Below are positions 29,021 through 39,967 of a stretch of 64,000 bases of DNA, piece by piece. Made by a program: the position numbers and the translations under genes. Location: the NCBI GenBank assembly GCA_963840455.1, contig CAWIYV010000011.1, positions 533,066 through 597,065 of the forward strand. The letters run 5' to 3'. The notes below the pieces were generated by a model. That model was not told the origin of the DNA. It saw only the letters and a program-made list of their open reading frames with translations, and did no database searches. This stretch comes from Nitrospirota bacterium. Its GTDB lineage: Bacteria > Nitrospirota > UBA9217. Position 1 is the first letter of the stretch. Every line of letters begins with the position of its first letter.

Positions 29021-29545
29021 ATGCAGAAGACGGACCTCACAACCAGAACGGTCGCGGGCTTCATCGATCTTCTGATCGTCATCGGACTGGCGAGGCTGCC
29101 CGACGTGGTCGGCTACCTCGCCGCTACTGGCTATATCCTTGTGCGGGACGGACTGTTCAGCCAGCAGAGCGCCGGGAAAAGGGTCATCGGCCTGCGTGTC
29201 GTTTCTGCCGACGACCCGGGCAGGGCCCTGTCCTTCCGGGAGTCCATCATCCGGAACATGCCGCTGGCAATCGCCTTCCTGCTGTTCCAGATCCCCTATG
29301 CCGGCTGGATACTCTGCCCGCTGGTCCTGGGCGTGGAGGCCCTCGCCGCGCTCGGCGACGAGCGGGGGATGCGCATTGGTGACCTCCTCGCGCGGACCTG
29401 CGCTGTGCAGGCAGGACCGTCGGTCTCCCCGGCCCCGGTCACTGCGGGGGTCCCCGACGCGGCCGTTGCAGCGGTTTCTGCAGTGGCCCCGCAGACAGGA
29501 GACGGGCCGGCTTCCGGGAATGACAATCCGCAGAACGTCTCGTGA
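29021..29545 (+). CDS. RDD-family membrane protein
   Basis: Hydrophobic segments with an R..D..D spacing pattern (RTVAGFIDLLIV...ILVRDG...IGDLLARTC). Confidence 0.55.
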   Translation: MQKTDLTTRTVAGFIDLLIVIGLARLPDVVGYLAATGYILVRDGLFSQQSAGKRVIGLRVVSADDPGRALSFRESIIRNMPLAIAFLLFQIPYAGWILCPLVLGVEALAALGDERGMRIGDLLARTCAVQAGPSVSPAPVTAGVPDAAVAAVSAVAPQTGDGPASGNDNPQNVS

Positions 29546-29722
29546 CGGGAGACCGCAGACTCCTGACTGCAGAATAAAGAACATCACCGCCATGCCGGAG
29601 AGCGCGCGATGAGGTGCCTGAGCTTTGGACCTGATCGCAGGTCGCATCGCATCGGCTGAACACGCAGCGGTCGTACCGTTACTCAGTCCGGTATTTGCAA
29701 TCGAAAGGAGCTTCACACGACA

Positions 29723-30748
29723 ATGTTCATCAATTCCATCATGGGCTGGTTCTCCAACGACATGGCCATCGACCTCGGCACGGCTAACACGCTCGTCTAC
29801 GTCAAGGGCAGGGGCATCGTCTGCAACGAGCCTTCGGTCGTCGCCAAGTCCGTCAAATCGGGCAAGGTCCTTGCCGTAGGAGCCGAGGCAAAGAAGATGC
29901 TTGGCAGGACACCCGGCGATGTCCAGACGATCCGGCCCATCAAGGACGGCGTCATCTCCGACTTCGATGTGACCGGCGAGATGCTCCGGTATTTCATCCA
30001 GCGGGTGCATAACCGCAAGTCCTTCATGCGGCCCCGCATCGTCATCGGCGTCCCCTCGGGGATCACCCAGGTGGAGCAGCGCGCCGTGAAGGACGCCGCC
30101 ATCTCGTCGGGCGGCCGCGAAGTCTACCTCATCGAGGAGCCGGTGGCGGCGGCCATCGGCACCGGACTCCCTATCTCCGAGCCCTCGGGCAACATGATCG
30201 TCGACATTGGCGGCGGCACCACGGACATCGCCGTTATTTCCATGGACGGCGTCGTGTACAGCAAGGCCATCCGCGTAGGCGGGGACAAGATGGACGAGGC
30301 CATCATCAACTACATCAAGCGCAAGTACAACCTCCTCATCGGCGAGATGATGGCCGAGACGATCAAGATGGAGCTCGGCTCCGCGTACAAGATCGACAGC
30401 ACGCGCCAGACCATGGAGATCAAGGGGCGCGACCTCGTGTCTGGGATCCCCAAGACTCTGATCCTCGATGACGACGAAGTGCGCGAGTCCCTTGCCGAGC
30501 CCGTGAGCCAGATCCTGAACGGCATCAAGCTGGCGCTCGAGAACACACCGCCGGAGCTCTCGGCGGACATTGTGGACAAAGGCATCGTGCTTGCCGGCGG
30601 TGGCGCGCTCCTCAAGGGACTCGACGTCTTCCTGCGCGAGGAGACCTCGCTCCCGATCATCATCGCCGAGGACCCCCTCACCTGCGTCGCCCTCGGCGCG
30701 GGCAAGGTGCTGGACGACCTCGACGTCCTCAGAAAAGTCATGATGTAG
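29723..30748 (+). CDS. mreB: rod shape-determining protein MreB
   Basis: [25 protein letters not shown] and [15 protein letters not shown] actin-like motifs. AAAGGAG RBS. Confidence 0.9.
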   Translation: MFINSIMGWFSNDMAIDLGTANTLVYVKGRGIVCNEPSVVAKSVKSGKVLAVGAEAKKMLGRTPGDVQTIRPIKDGVISDFDVTGEMLRYFIQRVHNRKSFMRPRIVIGVPSGITQVEQRAVKDAAISSGGREVYLIEEPVAAAIGTGLPISEPSGNMIVDIGGGTTDIAVISMDGVVYSKAIRVGGDKMDEAIINYIKRKYNLLIGEMMAETIKMELGSAYKIDSTRQTMEIKGRDLVSGIPKTLILDDDEVRESLAEPVSQILNGIKLALENTPPELSADIVDKGIVLAGGGALLKGLDVFLREETSLPIIIAEDPLTCVALGAGKVLDDLDVLRKVMM

Positions 30749-30765
30749 ATCGAAACGGCGTCAGC

Positions 30766-31572
30766 ATGCCCGGTTTCTTCGACAAGAACAAAAAATACAT
30801 CGCCATCCTGGCACTGTTCCTCCTCCTCTTCTGGCTGGTCACCATCCAGGTGAAGGCCGGGCGGTTCATGGTGCTGGAAACGCCGGTCCTGGCCGTTTCG
30901 GGGTTCTTCGAGCGTATCATCACCGGTACTTACAACGGCATTGCCGGCCTCGGCAGGGGCTACGTGTTCCTGGTCCGCGCGGAGCGGGAGAACCGGCGCC
31001 TCGCCAAGGAGCTTGGCAATCTCCGGCTGGAGAACCAGATCACGAACGAACTGCTTTCGGAGAACGAGCGTCTCCGCGAGGCCCTGGGTTTCAGGAAGCT
31101 CAATCCGCCCGCGTCGGTCACGGCGCAGGTCATCGGCAGGGACTCCTCGCCCTCATCGAGCACGGTCACGGTGAACAAGGGCTCCCTCGCCGGCATCGAC
31201 CGGGACCTCGCGGTCATCACGCCCGACGGCGTTGTGGGCAGGGTCCAGGCGGTCCTGCCCGGCACCGCGCGCGTGCAGCTCCTGACCGATCCGGGCATCA
31301 CCATCGCCGTGCGGGTGCAGCGGAACCGGGAAGAGGGCCTGCTCGAGGGCAAGCTCGACCGGTGCGCTCTCAAGTATGTTTCTTTCTACGTCGATGTCCA
31401 GGAGGGAGATCTCCTGGTAACCTCGGGCCTCGACGGCATCTACCCCAAGGGACTGCCGGTGGCCAGGGTGTCCACGGTGCGGAAGCACGAGGCCAGTTCG
31501 TTCCAGACCGTCTATGCCAATCCCGTCGTAAGGATCTCCCGCCTCGAAGAGGTGCTGGTGTTCAAAAAATGA
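30766..31572 (+). CDS. mreC: rod shape-determining protein MreC
   Basis: N-terminal TM segment, coiled coil and a beta-rich C-terminal domain. Immediately downstream of mreB. Confidence 0.8.
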   Translation: MPGFFDKNKKYIAILALFLLLFWLVTIQVKAGRFMVLETPVLAVSGFFERIITGTYNGIAGLGRGYVFLVRAERENRRLAKELGNLRLENQITNELLSENERLREALGFRKLNPPASVTAQVIGRDSSPSSSTVTVNKGSLAGIDRDLAVITPDGVVGRVQAVLPGTARVQLLTDPGITIAVRVQRNREEGLLEGKLDRCALKYVSFYVDVQEGDLLVTSGLDGIYPKGLPVARVSTVRKHEASSFQTVYANPVVRISRLEEVLVFKK

Positions 31573-32081
31573 AGCCCCGGATGTATTTCATCGTTCTCCT
31601 GCTGCTCCTCCCGCTCCAGGCAAGCCTGTTCGGCCCCCTCCCCCTTGGCAGCATCACACCTGACCTGGGACTTGCCGTCCTCTACTGCATCGGGCTGTTG
31701 ACCGGCCCGGTGGAAGCGGCCCTTGCCGGCGTTGCAATCGGCCTTTTGCAGGACGTGGGCTCGGCAAGCCTCATCGGGTTCTCCGGTCTCACCCGAGGGG
31801 TCGTGGGGCTCTTCGCGGGATTCCTGGGGAAGCGTGTCCTTGACCTCCAGAGCTCGTCGAACATCTTTTTTCTCGTCGGCTTCTGCCTTGCCGAATCGCT
31901 CTTCTCCGCGCTGTTCCTGGAGATCACCTACGGATCGGTCCCGCTCGTGGGCCTCTTCTTCGGCCACATGGTCCCCCGTGCGGTCACCACGGCCCTGGTC
32001 GGATACGCGTTCCTGCGGCTCATGACCGGCAAGAACGTCCTTACATGGATGCTGCGGCGCGAGCTGCAGAAGGAGCTTTAG
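31570..32081 (+). CDS. mreD: rod shape-determining protein MreD
   Basis: Small polytopic membrane protein between mreC and PBP2. ATG overlaps the mreC stop (ATGA). The ORF track starts it further upstream, inside mreC. Confidence 0.65.
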
Positions 32082-33890
32082 ATGCAGCAGGACAGCCCCA
32101 TCGACATCCAGAAACGGCTGCCACTCCTCGCGGCCTTCATCGTCCTGTTCGCCGTCGTCCTTTTCTTCCGGCTGTGGTTCCTCCAGGTCGTGAAAGGAGC
32201 GACGTACCAGGAACTCGCTGAAAGCAACCGCATCCGTCCCATAAAGCTCCGGCCGCCGCGCGGCATCATCTACGACCGGAACGGCAGACCCATGGTGGAG
32301 AATGTCCTCACCTTCGATGTTTCCCTGGTGCCGGAGGATGCGGCTTCCCTCGAGGACTCCATCGCTCGGCTCGCGCCCATCGTCCGCATGAAGCCCGAGG
32401 CGATCCAGAAGGCGCTCGATGACGCTGAGGCCGTGCGCAACAAGTACGAACCGGTGAAGATCGTCGAGGAAGCGCCCTGGGAAGAGGTGGCGGCCGTGGA
32501 GGCACGGCAGGACGATCTTCCCGGCGTCATCGTTGAACCCGAACACCGCAGGTATTATCCATACGGCGGTATGGCATCGCACCAGTTCGGCTACATCGGC
32601 AAGGTGAGCCAGGTCCAGAAGAAGCAGGAGCAGGCGGACACCGGACTGCTCATTGGCCAGGGAGGGCTCGAGAAGGTCTACGACAGGCTCCTGCGGGGCA
32701 CGGCCGGCAGGCGCATGATCCAGGTGAACGCCGCGGGCATGAAGGTGAAGGACCTGGGCATTGACGAGCCGAAGCCGGGAACCGACCTTTACCTCACCCT
32801 GGACCTCGATGTCCAGCGCGCGGCCGAAGAGGCGCTCGGTGACCGCGCCGGTGCCGTTGTGGCTATGGACCCGAACTCCGGCGAGGTCCTGGCGCTCGTG
32901 AGCCACCCCACCTATGATCCGAACCTTTTTCCGCGGGGCATTTCGCCCAAGGACTGGGTGAAGCTCTCGAACGATCCCTCGCACCCCCTTTACAACCGTG
33001 CGGTCCAGAGCGTATATCCGCCCGGCTCCACGTTCAAGGTCGTGGTTTCCCTTGCGGGACTCGATTCCGGCAAGATCGACCCCCATGACACGGTCACCTG
33101 CAACGGCTCCCTCCGCACGGGCCGCAAGGTCTTCCGGTGCTGGAAGAGGGGCGGCCACGGCGTCGTTGATTTTCACAAGGCGCTCGTGGAGTCCTGCGAC
33201 GTCTATTTCTACACCATGGGCGACCGCATGGGCTTTGACCATGTCGCGCAGTACGCCAGAAAGCTGGGTCTGGGGAGCAAAACGGATATCGTCCTGGCGG
33301 ATGAGAAGCCCGGCCTCGTCCCGACCGCCGCATGGAAGCGGGAAAAGGTCCATGAGCCCTGGTATCCCGCCGACAATTTCATGAATGCCATCGGCCAGGG
33401 ATTCCTGCAGGTAAGCCCCATCCAGGCGGCCCAGTTGATCGGCGCCGTGGCGAACGGCGGCGTGTTCTACCAGCCCCTGCTGCTGAAACGGACAAGGAAC
33501 CGGGAGACCGGCGCCGAGAAGGTCTTCGCGCCCATAGAGAAGCGGCGGGAGGTCTTCGCGCCCGAGGCGCTCGAGGAGGTGCGAAGCGCGCTGCTCGGCG
33601 TCACATCCGAGGCGGGAGGCACCGCCCACGGTGCTGCGACGCCGCTCGCGCCGGTCGCCGGCAAGACCGGTACGGCACAGGTCATCGCCCAGAAGGTCCC
33701 GGGCACCAAGCTCACGGAATCAACGCAGGACCACGCCTGGTTCATAGGATATGCCCCCGCGAAGGACCCGAAGATCGCCGTGGCCGTCTTGGTGGAGCAC
33801 GGGGGACACGGCGGAGCAGCGGCCGCACCGGTGGCGCGGAAGGTCATCGAGGAGTATTTACTACATGCTGGAACGAAGACTGCTCAGTAA
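32082..33890 (+). CDS. mrdA: penicillin-binding protein 2 (elongasome transpeptidase)
   Basis: N-terminal TM segment and dimerisation domain. Transpeptidase motifs STFK (PPGSTFKVV), a KTGTAQV K(T/S)G motif and the S-x-N region. Position between mreD and rodA. Confidence 0.9.
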   Translation: MQQDSPIDIQKRLPLLAAFIVLFAVVLFFRLWFLQVVKGATYQELAESNRIRPIKLRPPRGIIYDRNGRPMVENVLTFDVSLVPEDAASLEDSIARLAPIVRMKPEAIQKALDDAEAVRNKYEPVKIVEEAPWEEVAAVEARQDDLPGVIVEPEHRRYYPYGGMASHQFGYIGKVSQVQKKQEQADTGLLIGQGGLEKVYDRLLRGTAGRRMIQVNAAGMKVKDLGIDEPKPGTDLYLTLDLDVQRAAEEALGDRAGAVVAMDPNSGEVLALVSHPTYDPNLFPRGISPKDWVKLSNDPSHPLYNRAVQSVYPPGSTFKVVVSLAGLDSGKIDPHDTVTCNGSLRTGRKVFRCWKRGGHGVVDFHKALVESCDVYFYTMGDRMGFDHVAQYARKLGLGSKTDIVLADEKPGLVPTAAWKREKVHEPWYPADNFMNAIGQGFLQVSPIQAAQLIGAVANGGVFYQPLLLKRTRNRETGAEKVFAPIEKRREVFAPEALEEVRSALLGVTSEAGGTAHGAATPLAPVAGKTGTAQVIAQKVPGTKLTESTQDHAWFIGYAPAKDPKIAVAVLVEHGGHGGAAAAPVARKVIEEYLLHAGTKTAQ

Positions 33891-34995
33891 CGTGCCCTGG
33901 GGCATGGTGGCCCTCATCATCGGTATCGCCATGATGGGGCTCGCGGCGGTGTACAGCGCCACCTATACCGCGCACGGTCCTTCATCGCTTTTCACCAAGC
34001 AGATCATCTGGGTCTGCCTCGGCATCACGGTCATGTTCGCCGCGCTCATCCCGGACTACCACACCGTGGGCCGTTACGCCTACATCCTCTATGCGCTCTC
34101 CCTGATCTTCCTGCTCCTCGTGGCCTTCGTGGGCAAGACCGGCATGGGAGCCCAGCGCTGGCTCCCCATCGGCTCCTTTGCGTTCCAGCCCTCGGAGTTC
34201 GCAAAGCTGTCGCTTGTCCTCGCGCTGACCCGGTATTTCGCCGAGGACCCGAAACAGGGCGGGTACGAGCTCAAGGACCTGCTCGTGCCAGGGGTCATGC
34301 TCCTCGTCCCGCTTGTGCTCGTCATGAAGCAGCCGGACCTCGGCACAGCCCTCATGCTTGTCTTCACCTCGTCGCTCATCGTCATCCTGGCCGGGATCCG
34401 GTTCAAGACCGTGATGACCATTGTCGTCCTTGGCGCGGTCGTGGCGTCGGCGGTATTCCTGGTCCCGCCCGTGCGCCACAAGATCTGGAAATCGCTCAAA
34501 CCCTACCAGCAGAAGCGCATCACCGCCTTCATCGACCCGTCCTCGGACCCCTTGGGGAGCGGCTATCACGCCACGCAGGCCAAGATCGCCGTTGGCTCGG
34601 GCCAGACCACGGGCAAGGGCTTCCGCAGGGGCACCCAGAGCCAGATGGCATTCCTGCCCGAGCGCCACACGGACTTCATCTTCGCGGTCATCGCCGAAGA
34701 ACGGGGGTTCATCGGATCAAGCTTCCTCATCGTGCTGTACGTCATTCTGCTCCTGGTGGGAGTGGACGCTGCCAAGAGCGCCAAGGACAAGATGGGCACG
34801 CTCATGGCGGGCGGCATCGTGTCCATGCTCACGCTCTACGTCTTCATCAATATCGGCATGGCCGCGGGCATCCTTCCGGTCGTGGGCGTGCCGCTCCCCC
34901 TGGTAAGCTACGGCGGCACGTCCATCATCACCACCTTCCTCGCCATCGGATTGCTCTTGAACATCCGTTCGCGCCGGTTTATGCTGTTCTACTAA
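33865..34995 (+). CDS. rodA: SEDS-family peptidoglycan glycosyltransferase RodA
   Basis: Polytopic membrane protein with RodA/FtsW-like loops (PDLGTALML, GSGY...AKIAVGSGQ.TGKG). Start set at MLERRL; the ORF is open from 33751 and overlaps the mrdA 3' end. Confidence 0.85.
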   Translation: MLERRLLSNVPWGMVALIIGIAMMGLAAVYSATYTAHGPSSLFTKQIIWVCLGITVMFAALIPDYHTVGRYAYILYALSLIFLLLVAFVGKTGMGAQRWLPIGSFAFQPSEFAKLSLVLALTRYFAEDPKQGGYELKDLLVPGVMLLVPLVLVMKQPDLGTALMLVFTSSLIVILAGIRFKTVMTIVVLGAVVASAVFLVPPVRHKIWKSLKPYQQKRITAFIDPSSDPLGSGYHATQAKIAVGSGQTTGKGFRRGTQSQMAFLPERHTDFIFAVIAEERGFIGSSFLIVLYVILLLVGVDAAKSAKDKMGTLMAGGIVSMLTLYVFINIGMAAGILPVVGVPLPLVSYGGTSIITTFLAIGLLLNIRSRRFMLFY

Positions 34996-35073
34996 AACAG
35001 AGGATCAAGGGGCATGGGTCCAGGGTCACGGCACGGCACTTCATGACCCCTGACCCGCACTTGAGGTCTTTCC

Positions 35074-37565
35074 ATGTACGAAGATTTTCTCCCGCTCGTC
35101 AGCAAACCGGCCCGGTACATCGACTCCGAGGTCAACGCAGTGCACAAGGACCCCGGGTCTATGCGGACGAAGGTCTGTCTCCTCTTCCCCGACACCTACG
35201 AGGTCGGCATGTCGCACCTCGGCCTGCGCATCCTGTACGATATCATCAACAAACGGCCGGACGCCGTCTGCGAGCGCGTGTTCTCGCCCTGGACCGATTA
35301 CGAGGCGAAGCTCCGCGCGTCGGGCCGCCCCCTCCGGAGCCTGGAGTCGAACCTCCCGGTCAGGGAGTTCGACATCGTCGGCGTGACGCTCCAGTACGAA
35401 CTCTCGTATTCCAATATCCTGACCGCCCTCGACCTATCGCACATCCCTCGACGATCCATGGACCGGAACGACAGCCATCCGGTCATCGTGGCCGGCGGTC
35501 CGTGCAGTGTGAATCCCGAGCCGCTTGCGGATTTCATCGACGTCTTCTTCATCGGCGAGGCCGAGGAGGCGGTGAATGAGCTCATCGAACTGAAACAGGA
35601 ACACGGGGCACGTCAGCTATTCTTCGAGGCCCTGGCAAAACGGACAGGCTTTTATGTTCCCGTCGCTGGGAAAGACCGCTGTCCGCCGCCGGTTTCTCAC
35701 GAGCATCGATGCCGCGCCCTATCCTGCAAAGCCCCTCGTGCCACTGATGAAGCCCATCCATGACCGGGTCACGGTCGAAGTGGCGCGCGGCTGCATCCGC
35801 GGCTGCCGCTTCTGCCAGGCAGGCATCATCTACCGGCCCTACCGCGAGCGGCGCCCGGAAACGGTGAAGGACCTCCTGCACGGGTCGCTCGCATGCACGG
35901 GGTACGAAGAGCTCTCCCTCGCCTCCCTGAGCACCGGCGACTACTCGGACATCGAACCGCTCATCACCGGACTGATGAAGACCTATAAGGACAGCCGCGT
36001 CTCGGTCTCGCTCCCCTCGCTCCGCGTCGGCACGCTCACGCCCGCCATGATCGAGGCCATTGCCGGGACCAGGAAGACCGGGTTCACTCTGGCGCCTGAG
36101 GCAGGGACCGAGCGGCTGCGCCGGGTGATCAACAAGCCCGTGACCGACATGGATCTCATGGACGCGGCAGAGACCATCTTCGCGAACGGCTGGAGCACGC
36201 TCAAGCTCTACTTCATGATCGGCCTGCCCACGGAGACCGACGAGGACCTCGACGGCATCATCCGGCTGGCAAACGAGCTCTTTGCCAGGGGCAGGCGTTC
36301 TTCGAAGCGCCATGTACAGCTCAACGTCAGCGTCTCGACCTTCGTTCCCAAGCCACACACGCCCTTCCAGTGGCTGGGCCAGGCGCCCATCGAGGAGGTC
36401 CGCAGAAAACAGGCATACCTTGCCCAACGGCTCCGTAAACGCGGCATCGTGCTCAAGGTCCACGACCCCGAGACGAGCCAGCTTGAAAGCGCCTTTGCCC
36501 GTGGCGACGCGTCGCTCGGGAGGGTGATCGAGAAGGCCGTTGACCTCGGCTGCCGCTTCGACGGCTGGACGGAGTCCTTCGACTATCAGAAATGGACCGA
36601 GGCCTTTGCAGCATGCGGCATCGATCTCCGCAGCCTGTGCCGGCAGGACGTTCGATCTTTCGGAAGCGCTGCCCTGGGGCCACATCAAGAGCGGCGTGAC
36701 CACGGAATTTCTCCGAAAGGAATACCGGCGCGCCATGGAGGCAACGGTCACGGAGAACTGCCGGACCGAGTGCGAACATTGCGGCATAGGGTGCAAGGAC
36801 GGCGGAACGCTCGGGCTCGGCAAGCCTGCTGCACCTGCCCGAGGAGAACGAGAGGCTGCTCCGCTGCCTGCGGAGAAGCTGTCCTCTGCCCCTCCGGAGA
36901 TCACAACGCGCATCAGGATGAAGTTCTCTCGCCTCGGCCGCATCCGCTTTCTGTCCCATCTCGACTTCATGACCCTGTTCCACCGGACAACGGTCCGCGC
37001 AGGAGTGCCCGTCGCCTTCTCCCAGGGCTTCAACCCCCACCCGAAGATAGCATTCGGTCCTGCCCTGTCCGTGGGCATGGAGAGCGTGGCCGAGTTCCTC
37101 GATATGGAGACCGATCCATTCATTGACCTGATGCAGGTGACAAAGTCGTTAAACAGCGCCCTGCCCGATGGCGTCAGGGTCCTGGAGGCCCGGATCATTC
37201 CGAAGCAAGCAGGGTCGCTTTCCGGCAGCATCGGCAGATACCTCTACGAGGTCAACGTGCCTGCCGACCGGACAGCGGATGTTGAAGAGCGGATCATCGT
37301 ATTCCTGGAGCGTGATGCAGTGATCGTGGAAAAGGACGGCAAGCAGAAGGACATCAGGCCGGGGATCGAGGCGATCGCGGTCAAAGGACCTGCCCAGCTC
37401 GAGATAACGATCCAGGACTCGGAAATGGTCAAGCCCCGCATCCAGGATGTCATCGAGAAGCTTTTCGATATCGGCCACGATCAGGCCGTGCTGTTCAACA
37501 TCAAGCGGACAGCCATGTTCGTGAAGGAGAACGGGACCTGGCAGAGCCCGATGGATGCGACGTAA
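35074..37565 (+). pseudogene. radical SAM protein (TIGR03960-like B12-binding-like N-domain plus CxxxCxxC core) continuous with a DUF2344-like C-terminal domain; reading frame interrupted twice
   Basis: Three overlapping ORFs in frames 1, 2 and 3 (35074..35763, 35654..37126, 36540..37565) read as one protein. The FYVP|SLGKT junction lies at ~35665. The CGIDLR|AGRTFDLSEALPWGHI junction lies at ~36640. Core motif VEVARGCIRGCRFCQAG. The tails after each shift are Arg/Pro-rich and look out of frame. Confidence 0.6.
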
Positions 37566-37980
37566 GAACCACCGAATAGCCACAGAGGCACGGAGAATGG
37601 CAAGTTCATTTTCACCGCCAGGGCGCACAGGTCGCGAAGAATAATCTTTAATTCTTTGTTTTAATACAGGAACAATTAATTGCCTTCCTTGGCGTACTTC
37701 GCGCCTTTGCGGTTCCAAGGTTTTAGTTCCGGCCTGTCCGGGTTCGGTCGATTATCCAAAGAGTATCGCAGTTATCCAGTCTTATACTCCTTTCTTCGTA
37801 ACCACCTTGTCCTCTCTGTTTTTTCATTCCGCAATCATTGCTCCACACTCCTCATTCACTAATCCGGTGCTATTTTTTCAGTAGAAAGAGATTCCGAAGA
37901 AAGGAGGCGAGCACTATGAAGCGGCCCGTCAAGAAAAGCGGAACAAGCCGGAACGGGAAACACTGACCGAGGCCTACGAG

Positions 37981-38166
37981 GTGAGGGCGTTCAGGGATGA
38001 GTCAGAGGTGCCCAAGGTTATGGAAGCAGCCCTACCCGAAGTCCCGCCTGCAGAGCCGGGTGCGCTGCAGGCCATTAAGAAGACGGCCAAGGGACATGGC
38101 GAGCAGACGGTCCTGCCTGATGACTGCCAGTTCGGCGACAATGACCTGTGCTATGTAGATGCGTAA
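37981..38166 (+). CDS. small hypothetical protein (61 aa, GTG start) with a C-terminal CQFGDNDLCYVDA
   Basis: ORF in an AT-rich island. A 16-aa ORF (37916..37966) with a perfect AAGGAGG RBS precedes it in another frame. Confidence 0.3.
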   Translation: MRAFRDESEVPKVMEAALPEVPPAEPGALQAIKKTAKGHGEQTVLPDDCQFGDNDLCYVDA

Positions 38167-38299
38167 GGCAGCGTGAGCTGTGATCGTTTAAGGCGGGGTT
38201 CGTTAGAAGGTGAAGGTGTGTCTATGGCATTATTATTTCCCACTACAATATAGATCAAATAATCTTAACACCTATCTACTGACTACTTCATGAAATATT

Positions 38300-38408
38300 G
38301 AAGCTCCCTAAGCTGCAGGGAATCTTCGATCCTCAAGATAGAACTATTTATTCTAATCGCTCGCTAACCCCGCAGCAAGCTACGGGGAATGCGCTCGCTC
38401 CTGGATTC
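38300..38408 (-). repeat. copy 3 (inverted orientation) of the ~110-bp repeat family
   Basis: Reverse complement reads GAATCCAGGAGCGAGCGCATTCCCCGTAGCTTGCTGCGGGGTTAGCGAGCGATTAGAATAAA...CTTGAGGATCGAAGATTCCCTGCAGCTT. Sits just downstream (in sense) of the minus-strand START-domain gene. Confidence 0.85.
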
Positions 38409-38471
38409 ACCTGAGGGCGACTTTTATGCGTGTAATCAACAGGAAGAAATCAACGTTATGATGTTGGTCTT

Positions 38472-39218
38472 TTACCGGTCGATTGTCCCACGTTCAAGTA
38501 CCGTGGAGAAATGCGTGTCGACCGAGAGGTCGGATTTCAGGACTTCCTTTCGCAAATTCCTGAAAGTCCTCTTCGGCCAGTCCTCAAGGAAAAAATTAAC
38601 GAGCCATTTCGGAATCCACCCTTTTGGATCGCAAAGGAACGCGGCATCGATCCTGGTCGCCCTATCGTTATCGATAGAGCTCAGGATAAAGGTCATGTCG
38701 ATCACTTCGCCACGGATATAGTCGGTACGCGGAGCAGAGGGATCGTCTGTTGACTGATAGTGAAAAACCATCTGTTTCTTGGGCAGATCGACGCTCATGG
38801 TAATTTTCGATACAAAATCACGCTCGTTCATGAAGAATGGCATTTCAATATGGTCATACTCAATGAAATTGTCCTTGTCTTCCCAACGGAGGAGTCTGGA
38901 GTCGACAAGGCCCTCTACCCATTCCCGCCGCCTGTCAGTATCAAAGATGACCGTCGCTACTAAGGGCAATGGTGCTTCGACATCGCCGATACCCCGAAAC
39001 GCAATCAGTCCGCTGCCGCTTCCTTCTTTCCTAAAGATCTGAATTCCGTCGGTCGTATTGTCAACAGATTGCCATTCAGACGCATGGCTTAGATGCGCTA
39101 AGAGCACAAAAAGTACGATAGATAACCCTACCATCCGTCCAAAGCGACGACGAGAATCGCTCTGAGAGAATTCTCGAGGTACTCCCCATTTTAGATGATT
39201 ATGGTCACACATTTTCAT
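38472..39218 (-). CDS. secreted START/Bet-v1-like (lipid-binding fold) protein
   Basis: Signal peptide (MVGLSIVLFVLLAHLSHA; start probably at 39134). Composition and length suggest a START/SRPBCC-like domain. This call is weak. Confidence 0.5.
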   Translation of the reverse strand: MKMCDHNHLKWGVPREFSQSDSRRRFGRMVGLSIVLFVLLAHLSHASEWQSVDNTTDGIQIFRKEGSGSGLIAFRGIGDVEAPLPLVATVIFDTDRRREWVEGLVDSRLLRWEDKDNFIEYDHIEMPFFMNERDFVSKITMSVDLPKKQMVFHYQSTDDPSAPRTDYIRGEVIDMTFILSSIDNDRATRIDAAFLCDPKGWIPKWLVNFFLEDWPKRTFRNLRKEVLKSDLSVDTHFSTVLERGTIDR

Positions 39219-39365
39219 GCATTATTGTCTTTTCTTGCTTTCGAATAAGTCGGGGGCTACCAAACTCGGCTTGTAACGTTATAATGCTCAATGGAGGAAA
39301 ACTACAGCTGCTTCAGAAAGTAGTCTATGGTTTTCCATTCGAGCCGTCAACTGTCAATTATTCCA

Positions 39366-39926
39366 TCAGGGCTTCTTTTGTAACGCACCCCTTGCCCACT
39401 CGTCGATCCGCACTGCCCGATAGCGGAAAATATCCTCGAGCTGCCTCCTGACCGCGATTGCATGGACCACGTCGCCGAGAGGCCCGAAGGGCAATCGGTA
39501 GGAGACCGTGTCGCGCATGAGCGTGCCGCCGTCCGTTTCTTCGAACGTGTGGAGATGGCTCCAGGAACGGTATGGCCCGACAAGCTGCACGTCCGTGAAC
39601 TGCTCGGGCGGCTTGTAGCCGATGATCCTGCTCTTCCAGGGCATGGGGATGCCGAACCATCGGATAGTATAGTCGAACTCGGCGTCCTCGTACATCTCGG
39701 TCTTCGAGTTTTTGTCCTTCATCACGAATCTGAGCCAGTGTGGTGTGATATCGAAGAGGTTCCGCGGGTCCTCGAAGAAGAGGAACGTTTCCCTCCGAGG
39801 TAAGGGCAGGACCTGCGACGCCGAGATCCGGTGGGTGGAACGGTCCGGACGGTCGAAATTGAGGGCGAACGTTGGTGGAAATATGTTTAGCATGGAGAAA
39901 ATAGCCGCTGGTGATTGAGATCTCAA
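39366..39926 (-). CDS. SRPBCC (cyclase/dehydrase-like ligand-binding) superfamily protein
   Basis: 186 aa, no signal peptide. Secondary-structure-like pattern of a Bet v1 fold. Call by resemblance only. Confidence 0.5.
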   Translation of the reverse strand: MRSQSPAAIFSMLNIFPPTFALNFDRPDRSTHRISASQVLPLPRRETFLFFEDPRNLFDITPHWLRFVMKDKNSKTEMYEDAEFDYTIRWFGIPMPWKSRIIGYKPPEQFTDVQLVGPYRSWSHLHTFEETDGGTLMRDTVSYRLPFGPLGDVVHAIAVRRQLEDIFRYRAVRIDEWARGALQKKP

Positions 39927-39967
39927 GCCGAACCCTTCATTACTAAATCTCTCATTACTCGATCGCG

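Noticed and set aside
28692-38408. Interpretation of the inverted repeat copies as terminal repeats of a composite transposon or genomic island carrying the intervening 9.4 kb
   Set aside because: The enclosed genes are core housekeeping genes (mreBCD, mrdA, rodA, rSAM). No transposase, integrase or target-site duplication is visible. Each repeat copy is better explained as a 3'UTR element in sense orientation to its upstream gene.
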